From Planctomycetota bacterium (GTDB lineage Bacteria > Planctomycetota > SZUA-567 > H5-PLA8), in the NCBI GenBank assembly GCA_038227875.1, contig JBBRPR010000011.1, forward strand, positions 64,001-128,000: 64,000 bases of DNA, read 5' to 3'. Both the position numbers and the translations under genes were made by a program. The notes below the pieces were generated by a model. It made no database searches. It saw only the letters and a program-made list of their open reading frames with translations, and was not told the DNA's origin. This document shows positions 1 to 8,798 of this stretch, piece by piece. The first letter of the stretch is position 1, and every line of letters starts with the position of its first letter.

Positions 1-98
1 CCCACCAGCGGCTTCTTGGTCGCTTCGTCGATGAACCGGGCCGCTTCGCCGCGCACCACGATCACCTTGTCGCCCTTGCAGATCTTCGTCTTAATCAT
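1..98 (-). CDS. rplX: 50S ribosomal protein L24, N-terminal part (runs off window)
   Basis: Manual translation from ATG at 98 gives [22 protein letters not shown], the KOW-type KGDKVIV start; it follows rplN in canonical order. Confidence 0.9.
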   Translation of the reverse strand, partial: MIKTKICKGDKVIVVRGEAARFIDEATKKPLV

Positions 99-151
99 GC
101 CAACCTCTTATGTGCCAGTCGTTCGTTGATGTCCGCTTTTGTCCGCTTACT

Positions 152-541
152 TCAGACCACTTCGGCGGCCAGTGAGACAATCTTCATGAAACCCTTCGAG
201 CGCAGTTCGCGAGCCACCGGTCCGAAGATGCGCGTGCCGCGCGGTTCTTTTTCCGGCGTGATCAACACGATCGCGTTGTTGTCGAAGCGCACCGACGATC
301 CGTCAGCCCGCTTGACCGCCTTGCGCGTGCGCACCACGACTCCGCGCACAACCAGCTTCTTCTTGTCCTTCTTGCTGGTGGTCATGAACTCGCTGCCCGG
401 CTGCACCTTCTTGACGGCCGCGACAATGATGTCACCGACCGAGGCGTAGCGACGGTGCGTCCCACCCAGCACCTTGATGCACATCGCGGTTCGAGCGCCG
501 GTGTTGTCGGCGACTACCAGCATGGTGTGATGTTGAATCAT
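152..541 (-). CDS. rplN: 50S ribosomal protein L14
   Basis: [34 protein letters not shown] motifs. Confidence 0.99.
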   Translation of the reverse strand: MIQHHTMLVVADNTGARTAMCIKVLGGTHRRYASVGDIIVAAVKKVQPGSEFMTTSKKDKKKLVVRGVVVRTRKAVKRADGSSVRFDNNAIVLITPEKEPRGTRIFGPVARELRSKGFMKIVSLAAEVV

Positions 542-612
542 CTCTCGTTATCCGTCCCTTCAGCGACTGCTACCGTTATCCAGATCAAGAAAATTAGTTC
601 GCAAACAGCTCT

Positions 613-1020
613 TTAGGCCTTGGCTTCCGGCGTGGTGCTTTCCGGAGCGGCCGGCGCGGCGGCGGAAACCTGCTTCTTCTGCGCCACGTCCACTTCCTTG
701 ATGTCCAGCGTGCCGAACACGGCGGCGCGTTCCACCACCTTCACCAACCGCCAGCGCTTCTGCTTGGAGATCGGGCGGGTTTCGACCAGCGATACGCGGT
801 CGCCCTTCTTGGCTTCGTTCTTTTCGTCATGGGCATGCAGGTGCGTGGAGCGGAAAATGTACTTTCCGTAGCGCGCGTGCTTCACCAGGCGCTTGATTTC
901 GACAGTGATCGTCTTCTGACGCACGTCGCTCAAGACAATTCCCTCGACGACACGGCGGTCGCCTCGTCCGGTTTCGGATTCCGTCTTTGCCGTGCCTGCC
1001 GCCGCTGTCTCACTGGCCAT
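613..1020 (-). CDS. rpsQ: 30S ribosomal protein S17 with N- and C-terminal extensions
   Basis: HAHDEKNEAKKGDRVSLVETRPISKQKRWRL; operon position. Confidence 0.98.
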   Translation of the reverse strand: MASETAAAGTAKTESETGRGDRRVVEGIVLSDVRQKTITVEIKRLVKHARYGKYIFRSTHLHAHDEKNEAKKGDRVSLVETRPISKQKRWRLVKVVERAAVFGTLDIKEVDVAQKKQVSAAAPAAPESTTPEAKA

Positions 1021-1111
1021 GCCTGTTCCTCACTCTTCGAAAGGTCCGTTAAACACACTTCAGTCCTGCAAAATCGTTCGGTACTGCCACTGCTAATTCT
1101 GGTTAGCGCGC

Positions 1112-1588
1112 TTAGCGCGACTGGCCGACGTCCTGGCGATCAAGGCACGCGCGGCGGCGCTTGGCTTCCGCCAGGCGAATCGCGTTGCGGTCGGGAGCGG
1201 TGGCTTCACCGCGGATGCGGATCTTGGCGCGCTTGAGCATCGGCTTGACCTTGCGGCTGCCGACCGGCTTTTCCAGCTGAGCCTTGATCTCGGCGGCGCG
1301 GGTGTCGACCAGCTTCACCAATTTGGCGAATTCCGGCTTGGCGCCTTCGGCCTTCGGCGTCAGTGCGGCGACCTTCGCGTCCAGAATCGTGCGCAGCGAC
1401 CGTTCGCGCAGAATCGACTGGATGCGCGCGATCAGGCGTTTGCCGGCGCGCTTTTCGTGCGCCTTGATGGCTTCGCCCGATGCGCCCTTGACCACGCCGT
1501 CGAACAGGCGCTTCTTTTCCAGCATCATCTGGTCCTGCAGTTCCTGATTGGTCTTTTCGCGCAGCGTCTTTGCGTTAATCACGGCCAT
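1112..1588 (-). CDS. rpmC: 50S ribosomal protein L29 with long C-terminal extension (158 aa)
   Basis: N-terminal AKTLREKTNQEL...KRLIARIQSILRER matches L29; lies between rplP and rpsQ. Confidence 0.9.
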   Translation of the reverse strand: MAVINAKTLREKTNQELQDQMMLEKKRLFDGVVKGASGEAIKAHEKRAGKRLIARIQSILRERSLRTILDAKVAALTPKAEGAKPEFAKLVKLVDTRAAEIKAQLEKPVGSRKVKPMLKRAKIRIRGEATAPDRNAIRLAEAKRRRACLDRQDVGQSR

Positions 1589-1642
1589 GACTCTATCGTG
1601 CTCCTAGCTTCGTGCTCTTTTTTCTGTCGCACTGCTTTGTGT

Positions 1643-2062
1643 TTAGAATTCCTGGCGGCGCTTCAAAAAGCGCATGCGGAACGGCATCTTGCCCGACTGC
1701 AGGCGGAACGCTTCGCGCGCCGCGGCTTCCGGAACACCGGAGACTTCAAAGAGCACCATGCCGGGCTTGACGACGACGGCCCAGTACTCGATTTCGCCCT
1801 TGCCCTTACCCATGCGGGTTTCGGCGGCGATCGCGGTCACCGACTTGTGCGGGAACACCCGGCACCAGTAGCGGCCTTCCGTACCGATGAAGCGGGAAAG
1901 CACCACGCGCGCGGCTTCCAACTGCTGCGCACTCAGCCACCCCGGCTGCATCGCCTGGATTCCGTAGTCACCGAACGCCACATAGTTGCCGGCCGTCGCG
2001 TTACCGCGAATGCGTCCGCGCTGGCTCTTGCGGTGCTTGACTCGTTTGGGCATTAACGCCAT
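1643..2062 (-). CDS. rplP: 50S ribosomal protein L16
   Basis: LMPKRVKHRKSQRGR, ETRMGKGKG motifs. Confidence 0.99.
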   Translation of the reverse strand: MALMPKRVKHRKSQRGRIRGNATAGNYVAFGDYGIQAMQPGWLSAQQLEAARVVLSRFIGTEGRYWCRVFPHKSVTAIAAETRMGKGKGEIEYWAVVVKPGMVLFEVSGVPEAAAREAFRLQSGKMPFRMRFLKRRQEF

Positions 2063-2135
2063 GGAACTATGTCCTCACTCAATCTTCGGGTCTACTGCTT
2101 CACACTTCTAGTACGGCTTACGCCATCAGTCCGGC

Positions 2136-2807
2136 TTACTCGGCGGCCTGAGCCATCTCGATCTTTTCCTTCTGGATCTTGCCCTTGTAGATCCACACCT
2201 TCACGCCGATCACGCCGTAGTTCGTGGCAGCTTCGCCCAAACCGTATTCGACGTCGGCCGTCAGGGTATGGAGCGGGAGCGAGCCGACCATGTACGATTC
2301 GCTGCGGGCGATTTCCGCGCCGCCCAATCGACCGGCCACGATCACCTTCACGCCCAGCGCGCCCTGCTGAATGCTGGCTTCGACGGCCTTTTTCATCGCG
2401 CGGCGGAACGAGGCGCGCTTGAGCAACTGCTCGGCGATGCCATCGGCCACCAGCTGCGCGTCCAGTTCCGGCTTGGTGATTTCACGGATGTTCACCTGGA
2501 CCTTCTTGCCCGATCCGTCCTTCGAGAACTTCTGGAGCTCTTCGCGGATCTTGTCGATTTCCGCGCCCTTCTTGCCGATCACCACGCCCGGGCGCGATGT
2601 GAACAGAAATACGCGCGTCTCGTCGCCGGTGCGTTCAATTTCAATCTTGCTCAGGCCGGCCTGCTTGAGGCGCGACTTGATGAACTTCTTGATCTTCTGG
2701 TCTTCGACCAGATAGTTGCCAAAGTCCTTTTTGCGCGCGTACCAGCGCGACACCCACGGACGCGTGATGCCGACTCGAAATCCGTATGGATGAACTTTTT
2801 GACCCAC
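2136..2807 (-). CDS. rpsC: 30S ribosomal protein S3
   Basis: MGQKVHPYGFRVG, GRLGGAEIARSE, YGVIGVKVWIYKG; GTG start with AGGAG upstream. Confidence 0.99.
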   Translation of the reverse strand: MGQKVHPYGFRVGITRPWVSRWYARKKDFGNYLVEDQKIKKFIKSRLKQAGLSKIEIERTGDETRVFLFTSRPGVVIGKKGAEIDKIREELQKFSKDGSGKKVQVNIREITKPELDAQLVADGIAEQLLKRASFRRAMKKAVEASIQQGALGVKVIVAGRLGGAEIARSESYMVGSLPLHTLTADVEYGLGEAATNYGVIGVKVWIYKGKIQKEKIEMAQAAE

Positions 2808-2885
2808 TGTTTAGCTCCTGGCTCGTTCGAGACGCGTGTTTCGGGTCGCCCCGGGTTCACGCCGTCTCTGCATTCCAATGTTGAA

Positions 2886-3386
2886 CTATGCCGCCTTTTC
2901 CTTCTTACCCTTCTTGCCCTTCTTGCTGTCCTTCGCGTCTTCAGCCTGGCGCGGTCCGAGGACCACCGTGATGTGCGCCATGCGGCGCAGGATCGGGCGG
3001 GCACGGCCGCGGTCACCGGCGAGGAAGCGCTTCAAGCGCGGGCCTTCGTCGGCATACACTTCGGCGACAAACAAATCGTTGGCGTCGGCTTCGCCTTCAC
3101 TCTTCGAATCGGCGTTGCCCAGCGCGCTCAAGAGCACGCGGTCAAGGTAGTACGCGGCGCGCTTGCTGGAGTAGCGCAGGATTTCGCGCGCACGTTCCAC
3201 GTTCTGGCCACGGATCTGATCGACCACCAGCCGCACCTTCTGGGGCGCGATGCGGATGTTGCGCAGCGACGCGCCATAGAAGCCGTCGGGATAGACCAGC
3301 TTGCTGGTCGGTGCGTTCTCGGCGCCGCTGTGCTTGCGCTCGATACGGCCCTGGCTCTTGACCTTACTGCGATGAATCTTTGACAT
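2886..3386 (-). CDS. rplV: 50S ribosomal protein L22 with N-terminal extension and basic C-tail
   Basis: RIAPQKVRLVVDQIRG, ADEGPRLKRF..GRARPILRRMAHITVV; start set at MSKIH because the longer ORF overlaps rpsS. Confidence 0.97.
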   Translation of the reverse strand: MSKIHRSKVKSQGRIERKHSGAENAPTSKLVYPDGFYGASLRNIRIAPQKVRLVVDQIRGQNVERAREILRYSSKRAAYYLDRVLLSALGNADSKSEGEADANDLFVAEVYADEGPRLKRFLAGDRGRARPILRRMAHITVVLGPRQAEDAKDSKKGKKGKKEKAA

Positions 3387-3468
3387 GATCTTTCTTTCAC
3401 TCCACCTCAAACTGAAAAACCGATCGCGAACCCGAGTCCGGCCGAACTTACATACTGCTGGCGCGTCG

Positions 3469-3786
3469 TTACTTCTTGTCCGCCGCCGGAGCAGCCGGCG
3501 AGGCCGCAGGAGGCTTGGCTCCGCCACCCGCACCCGAATGCCCGCGGAAGACGCGCGACGGCGAGAACTCACCGAGCTTGTGTCCCACGAAGTCTTCGGT
3601 CACGTACACCTTGATGTGCTGCTTGCCGTTGTGGACCATGAAGGTGTGACCCACGAAGTCCGGCAGAATCGTGCAGGCGCGTGCCCACGTCTTGATCGGG
3701 TCGCGAGCGCCCGACAGCTTCTGCTTGGCAACCTTCTGCGCAAGCTTCTCATCGACGTAGGGACCCTTCTTCATCGAACGTGACAT
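3469..3786 (-). CDS. rpsS: 30S ribosomal protein S19
   Basis: [24 protein letters not shown]. Confidence 0.99.
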   Translation of the reverse strand: MSRSMKKGPYVDEKLAQKVAKQKLSGARDPIKTWARACTILPDFVGHTFMVHNGKQHIKVYVTEDFVGHKLGEFSPSRVFRGHSGAGGGAKPPAASPAAPAADKK

Positions 3787-3823
3787 TGTTTACGGCTCCT
3801 GGCTCTTTAAGCTGCCACTACAA

Positions 3824-4672
3824 CTACAGCGTCTGCTGCGCGGCGCCCTTGCGCCGGCGGATGATCTGGTTGTTCGTGCGGGCCTTCGGCTTGCGCGTCT
3901 TGCCGCCCTTCGCCAGCACGCCACTGGGCGACTGGGGAATGTGGCCTTTTCGGCGCGCAGCACCACCGCCCATCGGATGGTCGACCGGATTCTTCGCCAT
4001 ACCGCGGGTCGTCGGGCGGCGTCCAAACATGTGCCGGTTTCGGCCTGCTTTTCCGACCGTCACGTTCTGATGATCCAGATTACCGATCTGGCCCACCGTC
4101 GCGCGGCAGTCTTCCGGAACGAAACGCATTTCACCGGAGGGCAGCACGATCGTGACCTTGCCGCCTTCCTTGGCCATCAGGCGCGCCACACCACCAGCGG
4201 CGCGGACCATCTTGCCGCCCGAGCCCGGCTGGAGTTCGACGCAGTGAATGTCCGTCGACAGCGGCATGTTCTTCAACGGCATCGCGTTGCCAACGTCAGG
4301 CTCCACGCGGTCACCGGAGATCACGGTCTGTCCGACCTTGAGGTGCAGCGGCGCGATAATGTAGCGCTTTTCGCCGTCCTTGTAGTGCAGCAGAGCGATG
4401 AAAGCGGAGCGGATCGGATCGTACTCGATGCCCGCAACCTTCGCCGGAATGTTGTCCTTGTCGCGGCGGTAGTCGATCTTGCGGTACTGCTTCGCGTACG
4501 TGCTCTGCATCGCGCGGTTGGTGATGCGGCCGTGAGCGTTGCGGCCACCGGAGCGCGGAATGCGTTCGAGCAGCGACTTTTCCGGCTCGTGCTTGGTCAG
4601 TTCCTTGCGGAAATCGATGACCGACGCGCCGCGCGTACCTGCCGTGATGGGTCTGTAAAATCGCAATGCCAT
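3824..4672 (-). CDS. rplB: 50S ribosomal protein L2
   Basis: IEYDPIRSAFIALL, KNPVDHPMGGG motifs. Confidence 0.99.
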   Translation of the reverse strand: MALRFYRPITAGTRGASVIDFRKELTKHEPEKSLLERIPRSGGRNAHGRITNRAMQSTYAKQYRKIDYRRDKDNIPAKVAGIEYDPIRSAFIALLHYKDGEKRYIIAPLHLKVGQTVISGDRVEPDVGNAMPLKNMPLSTDIHCVELQPGSGGKMVRAAGGVARLMAKEGGKVTIVLPSGEMRFVPEDCRATVGQIGNLDHQNVTVGKAGRNRHMFGRRPTTRGMAKNPVDHPMGGGAARRKGHIPQSPSGVLAKGGKTRKPKARTNNQIIRRRKGAAQQTL

Positions 4673-4739
4673 GACTGATTCCTAATCCAGAAAGTCGACT
4701 GTCGATCTCTTACCGCACTGCCTGCCACTGCCTTGCTTA

Positions 4740-5360
4740 CTACTCTTCACTTCCCCGGCTGAACCATTTTCGCCGGTCCCAGGGCCACAGTCTCAGGCGA
4801 ACGATGCCTTTGATCTGGTTGCCGGGTACCATCCCCAGCGTATCCCCGCCCAGCGACACGCGGCTGTCCTTGCTCTGGCCGCGGTTGTCTCCCATCACGA
4901 AGTAGTACCCAGGGGGCACCACGAACGCCTGTCCTTCACTGAAACCCGGGAGCGTGTCAGCTCGAGTCGGGTCGAAGGATTCTTCAATCTTGGTGCCGTT
5001 TACCCATACGTAGCCGCCGTGCACTGCCACTGTGTCGCCGGAAAGTCCGATTACGCGTTTGATGTAGTCTCGCGTCATCCGGGGCGATTTGTCGTGGTCG
5101 ATCGCTTCGAAGACAATCACATCGAACTGGCTGACCTTGCTGAAACGGTAGGTCAATTTGTCGATCACCAGCCGGTCACCGTGGTGGAACGTCGGGTACA
5201 TCGACGGCCCGTCCACAACTGAAACCTGGAAAATGAACAGGTAGATCAGCAGCGCCCAGATGGCGGCGCGGATCAGCAGTCCCACCCACTCCTTCAACAA
5301 GGATTCATCGTCTTCGTCGCGCGCGATGTTCTTCGGCGCTTGCTTCACTTCCTCCGTCAT
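4740..5360 (-). CDS. lepB: Signal peptidase I (S26)
   Basis: Single N-terminal TM, GPSMYPT (catalytic Ser), DYIKRVIGLSGD (catalytic Lys), YFVMGDNRGQSKDSR. Confidence 0.97.
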   Translation of the reverse strand: MTEEVKQAPKNIARDEDDESLLKEWVGLLIRAAIWALLIYLFIFQVSVVDGPSMYPTFHHGDRLVIDKLTYRFSKVSQFDVIVFEAIDHDKSPRMTRDYIKRVIGLSGDTVAVHGGYVWVNGTKIEESFDPTRADTLPGFSEGQAFVVPPGYYFVMGDNRGQSKDSRVSLGGDTLGMVPGNQIKGIVRLRLWPWDRRKWFSRGSEE

Positions 5361-5385
5361 GTTCCGGCTCCCAGCGAGCCAGCGG

Positions 5386-5724
5386 TTAGATCAACTCGAT
5401 TTGCTTCGAATCCTTGGTCAAGCGGATGATCGCCTTTTTGCGAATGCGGGAGAAACCGGACTTGCCCGCCTTCATGCCGCGAAACGCCTTCTTGCGAGGC
5501 TTGACGATCATCGTGTTCAGCGACTGAACCTGCACGCCGAACGCGGCTTCGATCGCCAGCTTGATCTGCTGCTTGTTGGCCTTGACGTGGACTTCGAACG
5601 TGTAGCGGCCCTTCTTGTCTTCGGCACCAGCAGAAACCATGTCGTGACTCTTTTCAGTCAGGACCGGCCGGCGCAGAATGGCGTACGGGTCGGACAACAG
5701 TTTTGCGGCGCGATTGCGGCTCAT
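5386..5724 (-). CDS. rplW: 50S ribosomal protein L23
   Basis: ILRRPVLTEKS, YTFEVHVKANKQQIKLAIE, KKAIIRL. Confidence 0.98.
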   Translation of the reverse strand: MSRNRAAKLLSDPYAILRRPVLTEKSHDMVSAGAEDKKGRYTFEVHVKANKQQIKLAIEAAFGVQVQSLNTMIVKPRKKAFRGMKAGKSGFSRIRKKAIIRLTKDSKQIELI

Positions 5725-6347
5725 TCCTTCACCACCTCACTGATGTTTTCCAGTGTGTCGACGGTCATCAAAATGTGTTTGTACTTGAGGAGATCGTAAG
5801 CGTTGAGATTGCGGGCGGGGATGATGCGGACGGATTCGACGTTGCGGACCGACTTGACCAGGGCCTTGCCCGGTTCGCGCGCCGTTACCAGGCACGTTCC
5901 GGCGTTGAGGCCCAGGGCCTTGAGCGCGGTGGTGAAGCGCTTGGTCTTCGGCGCATCGTAGTTCAGAGCATCGATCAGCTTGATCTGCTTGTCGATGAGT
6001 TTGGACAGCAGCGCAGACTTCAAGGCTTCGCGGCGCATGCGCACCGGCATATCCTTATGGTAGTCTCGCGGCCGCGGTCCGAAGGCGTTACCGCCACCCT
6101 TCCACAGCGGAGAGCGCTTCATACCGGCGCGGGCGCGTCCGGTATGCTTCTGCTTCCACGGCTTGACGCCGGAGCCGCTGCGATCGGCTTTGGACTTGAT
6201 CTTGTGGGTACCGACGCGGAGATTGGCTTCGTAGCGAATGAGCGCCTGATGGAGCAGCTTGCGCCGCACCTTCTCGCCCAGGATCTTCTCATCGAAGGAG
6301 ATCGCGCGAACCTGACCGCCGGATTCGTTGTAGACCGGAATTTCCAT
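5721..6347 (-). CDS. rplD: 50S ribosomal protein L4
   Basis: KPWKQKHTGRARAGMKRSPLWKGGGNAFGPRPRDY. Confidence 0.99.
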   Translation of the reverse strand: MEIPVYNESGGQVRAISFDEKILGEKVRRKLLHQALIRYEANLRVGTHKIKSKADRSGSGVKPWKQKHTGRARAGMKRSPLWKGGGNAFGPRPRDYHKDMPVRMRREALKSALLSKLIDKQIKLIDALNYDAPKTKRFTTALKALGLNAGTCLVTAREPGKALVKSVRNVESVRIIPARNLNAYDLLKYKHILMTVDTLENISEVVKE

Positions 6348-6545
6348 TTTTTACCACCAAAACAAAAAAGCCGACGTCGTTGGGACTTCCGGTTAAGGCC
6401 GCCACGCGCGATCAGTGGCTACAAACCTTTCCGAAGCACCCGAACGACTTCGACCCTTAGGTCTTTAGCTATCCTTGAGCTCTGACGTTACGGGCTTCAT
6501 CCCGCTTTCGAGCTCTTTAGGGTACGACTGCCAACCAACAAGGGA
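6348..6545 (-). promoter_or_regulatory. Putative structured 5' leader of the rplD-initiated operon
   Basis: Non-coding ~200 nt with several hairpins (GAGCTC..GAGCTC enclosing CGGG-ATGAAG-CCCG; GACC-TAAG-GGTC; GCCAC..GTGGC) and a U-rich tract before the start codon. Confidence 0.55.
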
Positions 6546-6551
6546 AGTGAG

Positions 6552-6579
6552 ATATTAGCGACGATCCGCGTGCCGTCAA
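6552..6579 (-). promoter_or_regulatory. Sigma70-type promoter for the r-protein operon
   Basis: TTGACG-16 nt-TAATAT, with an additional TTGACA directly upstream. Confidence 0.55.
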
Positions 6580-6686
6580 TGTCAAATTGCGAAAATTGCA
6601 CATGTATTTTTTCGCGGGTCATTTTGCGCACCCTAATAACTCACCTACCCTAAGATTTCTGTGCTGATCTCGAGCAGATTTTCGGG

Positions 6687-8798
6687 TCAGCGCGTCACCG
6701 CCCAATTCACCCACATCTGTTGCAGGCGCTTCACATCCATATTGTAGACTTTCTCGAACGCTTTCTCGCTGTCCATGCCGTCCTTGAGCGCCAGGCAGTA
6801 TTTCGGAAAAAGTTTTGCGTCGGTATTCATCATGAACGACACCATTGAATAGCACGTCAAATAATCCAGCGAGCTCATTCCGATCGGCTGAATCAGAAAC
6901 GCCTGGTCCCACGTTTTCAATTTTCCCTGCGACGCGTACTTTTTAATTTCGTTGTCCCAGTTGTCGCTGAAGCGCACTTCATTTTTCTCGTACTGAAATG
7001 CATAGACCAGATTTTTATGCGTAATCACGTTTTCGCAGTACGACGCGAAACCATAACGCAACCACGTTGGCGCTTTGTTGTCCGTCGCCTGCACTATTTC
7101 CATTTCGCCGAATTGGTAGAGCGCCATGTGTTTGGGATGCGCCATCGCGCCGCGATTGGCATTGAAGACGCCGCGGTGCGGGAGCAGGAATCCGCCGGAA
7201 TTCTGCGCCATCGCCCAGTTCTGCGTCGGTTCCTGCGCCATCAGCGCGTTGACGAACGCCAGGTACCCCTGCGCGTCCCACGCGATCATCAATTCGTCGG
7301 TGTCGGGCCGCGTCTGTGTGAGCACGACAGTCTGCGTCAGTTGTTCGAGCTGCCCGGTGAGCTGCTCCAGCGCGGTGGCGACGCCGCGCACTTCCGGCTC
7401 GGGCATCGTCGAACGGATCGTGACGTGATGCGTCTCGACAGTGCTGAGCTTCGCGCGCGTGAGCTGCTCCCAGTGTTCGTTGATCGCCTGGACACCCGAC
7501 AGGCGCGTCTGTTCGGCAGCAACCAGTGGAGCCGCGTCTTTTCCAGCCTGACATTTAGGGCACCAGCGCCACGGCACCGCCGCGGCGTACGCGGTGGCAT
7601 TAAGCGGCTCGTTGGAAAAGCGGATGTACGTCTTCGCCGGAATGATCGGCACGTAGGTCATGCCCAGACATTGCGGACAGACCGCCGGCGCCGCTGCTAT
7701 GTTCGGCGCGGGAGCGGGCGTAAACGGTTTGGGCGGCGTGGCCGCGATGGTATTTTTCGGCGACGCAACGGGCGGCTTTTTGGATGTGTCGGGTTTCGGA
7801 TCGTCGTCGGGCGGTGGCGTTTTCTTCGCCAGCTCTTTCATTACCTCGCTGGACGGGTTGGACGGATCGTTGTTCGGAGTGGACTTCGGCGGCACGTTGG
7901 TCGCGTTTTCATTTTCGTCCTCGCGTCCGGTCTTCCGTTCTTTGGTGCTCAGGATATCCGCGACAGTTTCGGGAGGTTTCGGAGCCGGCGGCGCTTCCGG
8001 GCGCGCTCCGATTTCCATGCCGTCGTTGTCGCTCGTTTTTTCATCCAGCTTTTTCGTTACGGAGTCGCTCGGCGGTTTGGCGGTCGCGACCGTCGAAGTG
8101 CCCGTCGACAGCGCAGTGGCGGTAGCGGTGCTCGCGGGAGTTTTCGGATCTAGCGGACCGCTTGCATGCTCGGTCCCGCTCGTCGGAACCTTGCGTGGCC
8201 AGTAAACAGCCGCGGTAATGATCAGGCCAATCGCCGCAACGCCGGCCAGCGCGCCGAGCACCGGGAGGCCAGCGCTCTCGGTTTTGCGCTTCGCCGGTTT
8301 GTGCGCGTGCGTGGGATGAGCGTGCGCATGCGTCTCCACTTTGCGCGCGCCAGGTTTTTCTTTATCGCCCGGCACCGAAGCCACGATGAATGAATCGCCG
8401 TCGCTCTGATCTGGCACCATCACTTTGGCTTTGCACGACGGACACGGTTGCGCCGTGCCCGCAAACTTCGCTTCGAAGCCCGTCATCTTCGCGCAACTGG
8501 GACAGGCAAACTTGATGTACTTTCCGGCAGTCGCTGTTGCACTCGGCGCGGGTGCCGCAACGGGTGGAACCGGCACGTTAGCCGCTGCGCTGGCCTCAAC
8601 GGGCTTCGGCGGTTCCACGGCTTCGAGTTTCGGTTCGCCTTCAGCCGGGGTCGAAGCAGCGGCTGTTTCCGGCGTCTTTTCTACGCCGGGAATGCGGATG
8701 GTCTGCTTGCAGCCCGGGCAACTCGCTTTCTTGCCGGCGTGGATCTCCGGCACACGCACCGCGGCTTTGCATTCAGGGCATTGAAAATCGATGGCCAT
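6687..8798 (-). CDS. Membrane-anchored multi-zinc-ribbon protein with degenerate peptidase MA/DUF1570-like C-terminal domain
   Basis: CPEC..CPGC and CPSC..CPSC ribbons, TM helix, Pro-rich linker, CPQC..CPKC, then PTWLRYGFASYCE; start at MAIDFQC after GGAG. Confidence 0.7.
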   Translation of the reverse strand: MAIDFQCPECKAAVRVPEIHAGKKASCPGCKQTIRIPGVEKTPETAAASTPAEGEPKLEAVEPPKPVEASAAANVPVPPVAAPAPSATATAGKYIKFACPSCAKMTGFEAKFAGTAQPCPSCKAKVMVPDQSDGDSFIVASVPGDKEKPGARKVETHAHAHPTHAHKPAKRKTESAGLPVLGALAGVAAIGLIITAAVYWPRKVPTSGTEHASGPLDPKTPASTATATALSTGTSTVATAKPPSDSVTKKLDEKTSDNDGMEIGARPEAPPAPKPPETVADILSTKERKTGREDENENATNVPPKSTPNNDPSNPSSEVMKELAKKTPPPDDDPKPDTSKKPPVASPKNTIAATPPKPFTPAPAPNIAAAPAVCPQCLGMTYVPIIPAKTYIRFSNEPLNATAYAAAVPWRWCPKCQAGKDAAPLVAAEQTRLSGVQAINEHWEQLTRAKLSTVETHHVTIRSTMPEPEVRGVATALEQLTGQLEQLTQTVVLTQTRPDTDELMIAWDAQGYLAFVNALMAQEPTQNWAMAQNSGGFLLPHRGVFNANRGAMAHPKHMALYQFGEMEIVQATDNKAPTWLRYGFASYCENVITHKNLVYAFQYEKNEVRFSDNWDNEIKKYASQGKLKTWDQAFLIQPIGMSSLDYLTCYSMVSFMMNTDAKLFPKYCLALKDGMDSEKAFEKVYNMDVKRLQQMWVNWAVTR

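Noticed and set aside
3387..3572. Longer 228-aa version of L22 in the ORF track
   Set aside because: Overlaps rpsS in another frame; the ATG at 3386 is the plausible start
6348..6545. Leader as 6S RNA, SRP RNA, T-box or riboswitch
   Set aside because: I could not find the SRP GGAA-loop motif, the T-box sequence or a rod-with-bubble fold by eye; kept as an unclassified leader pending an Rfam search
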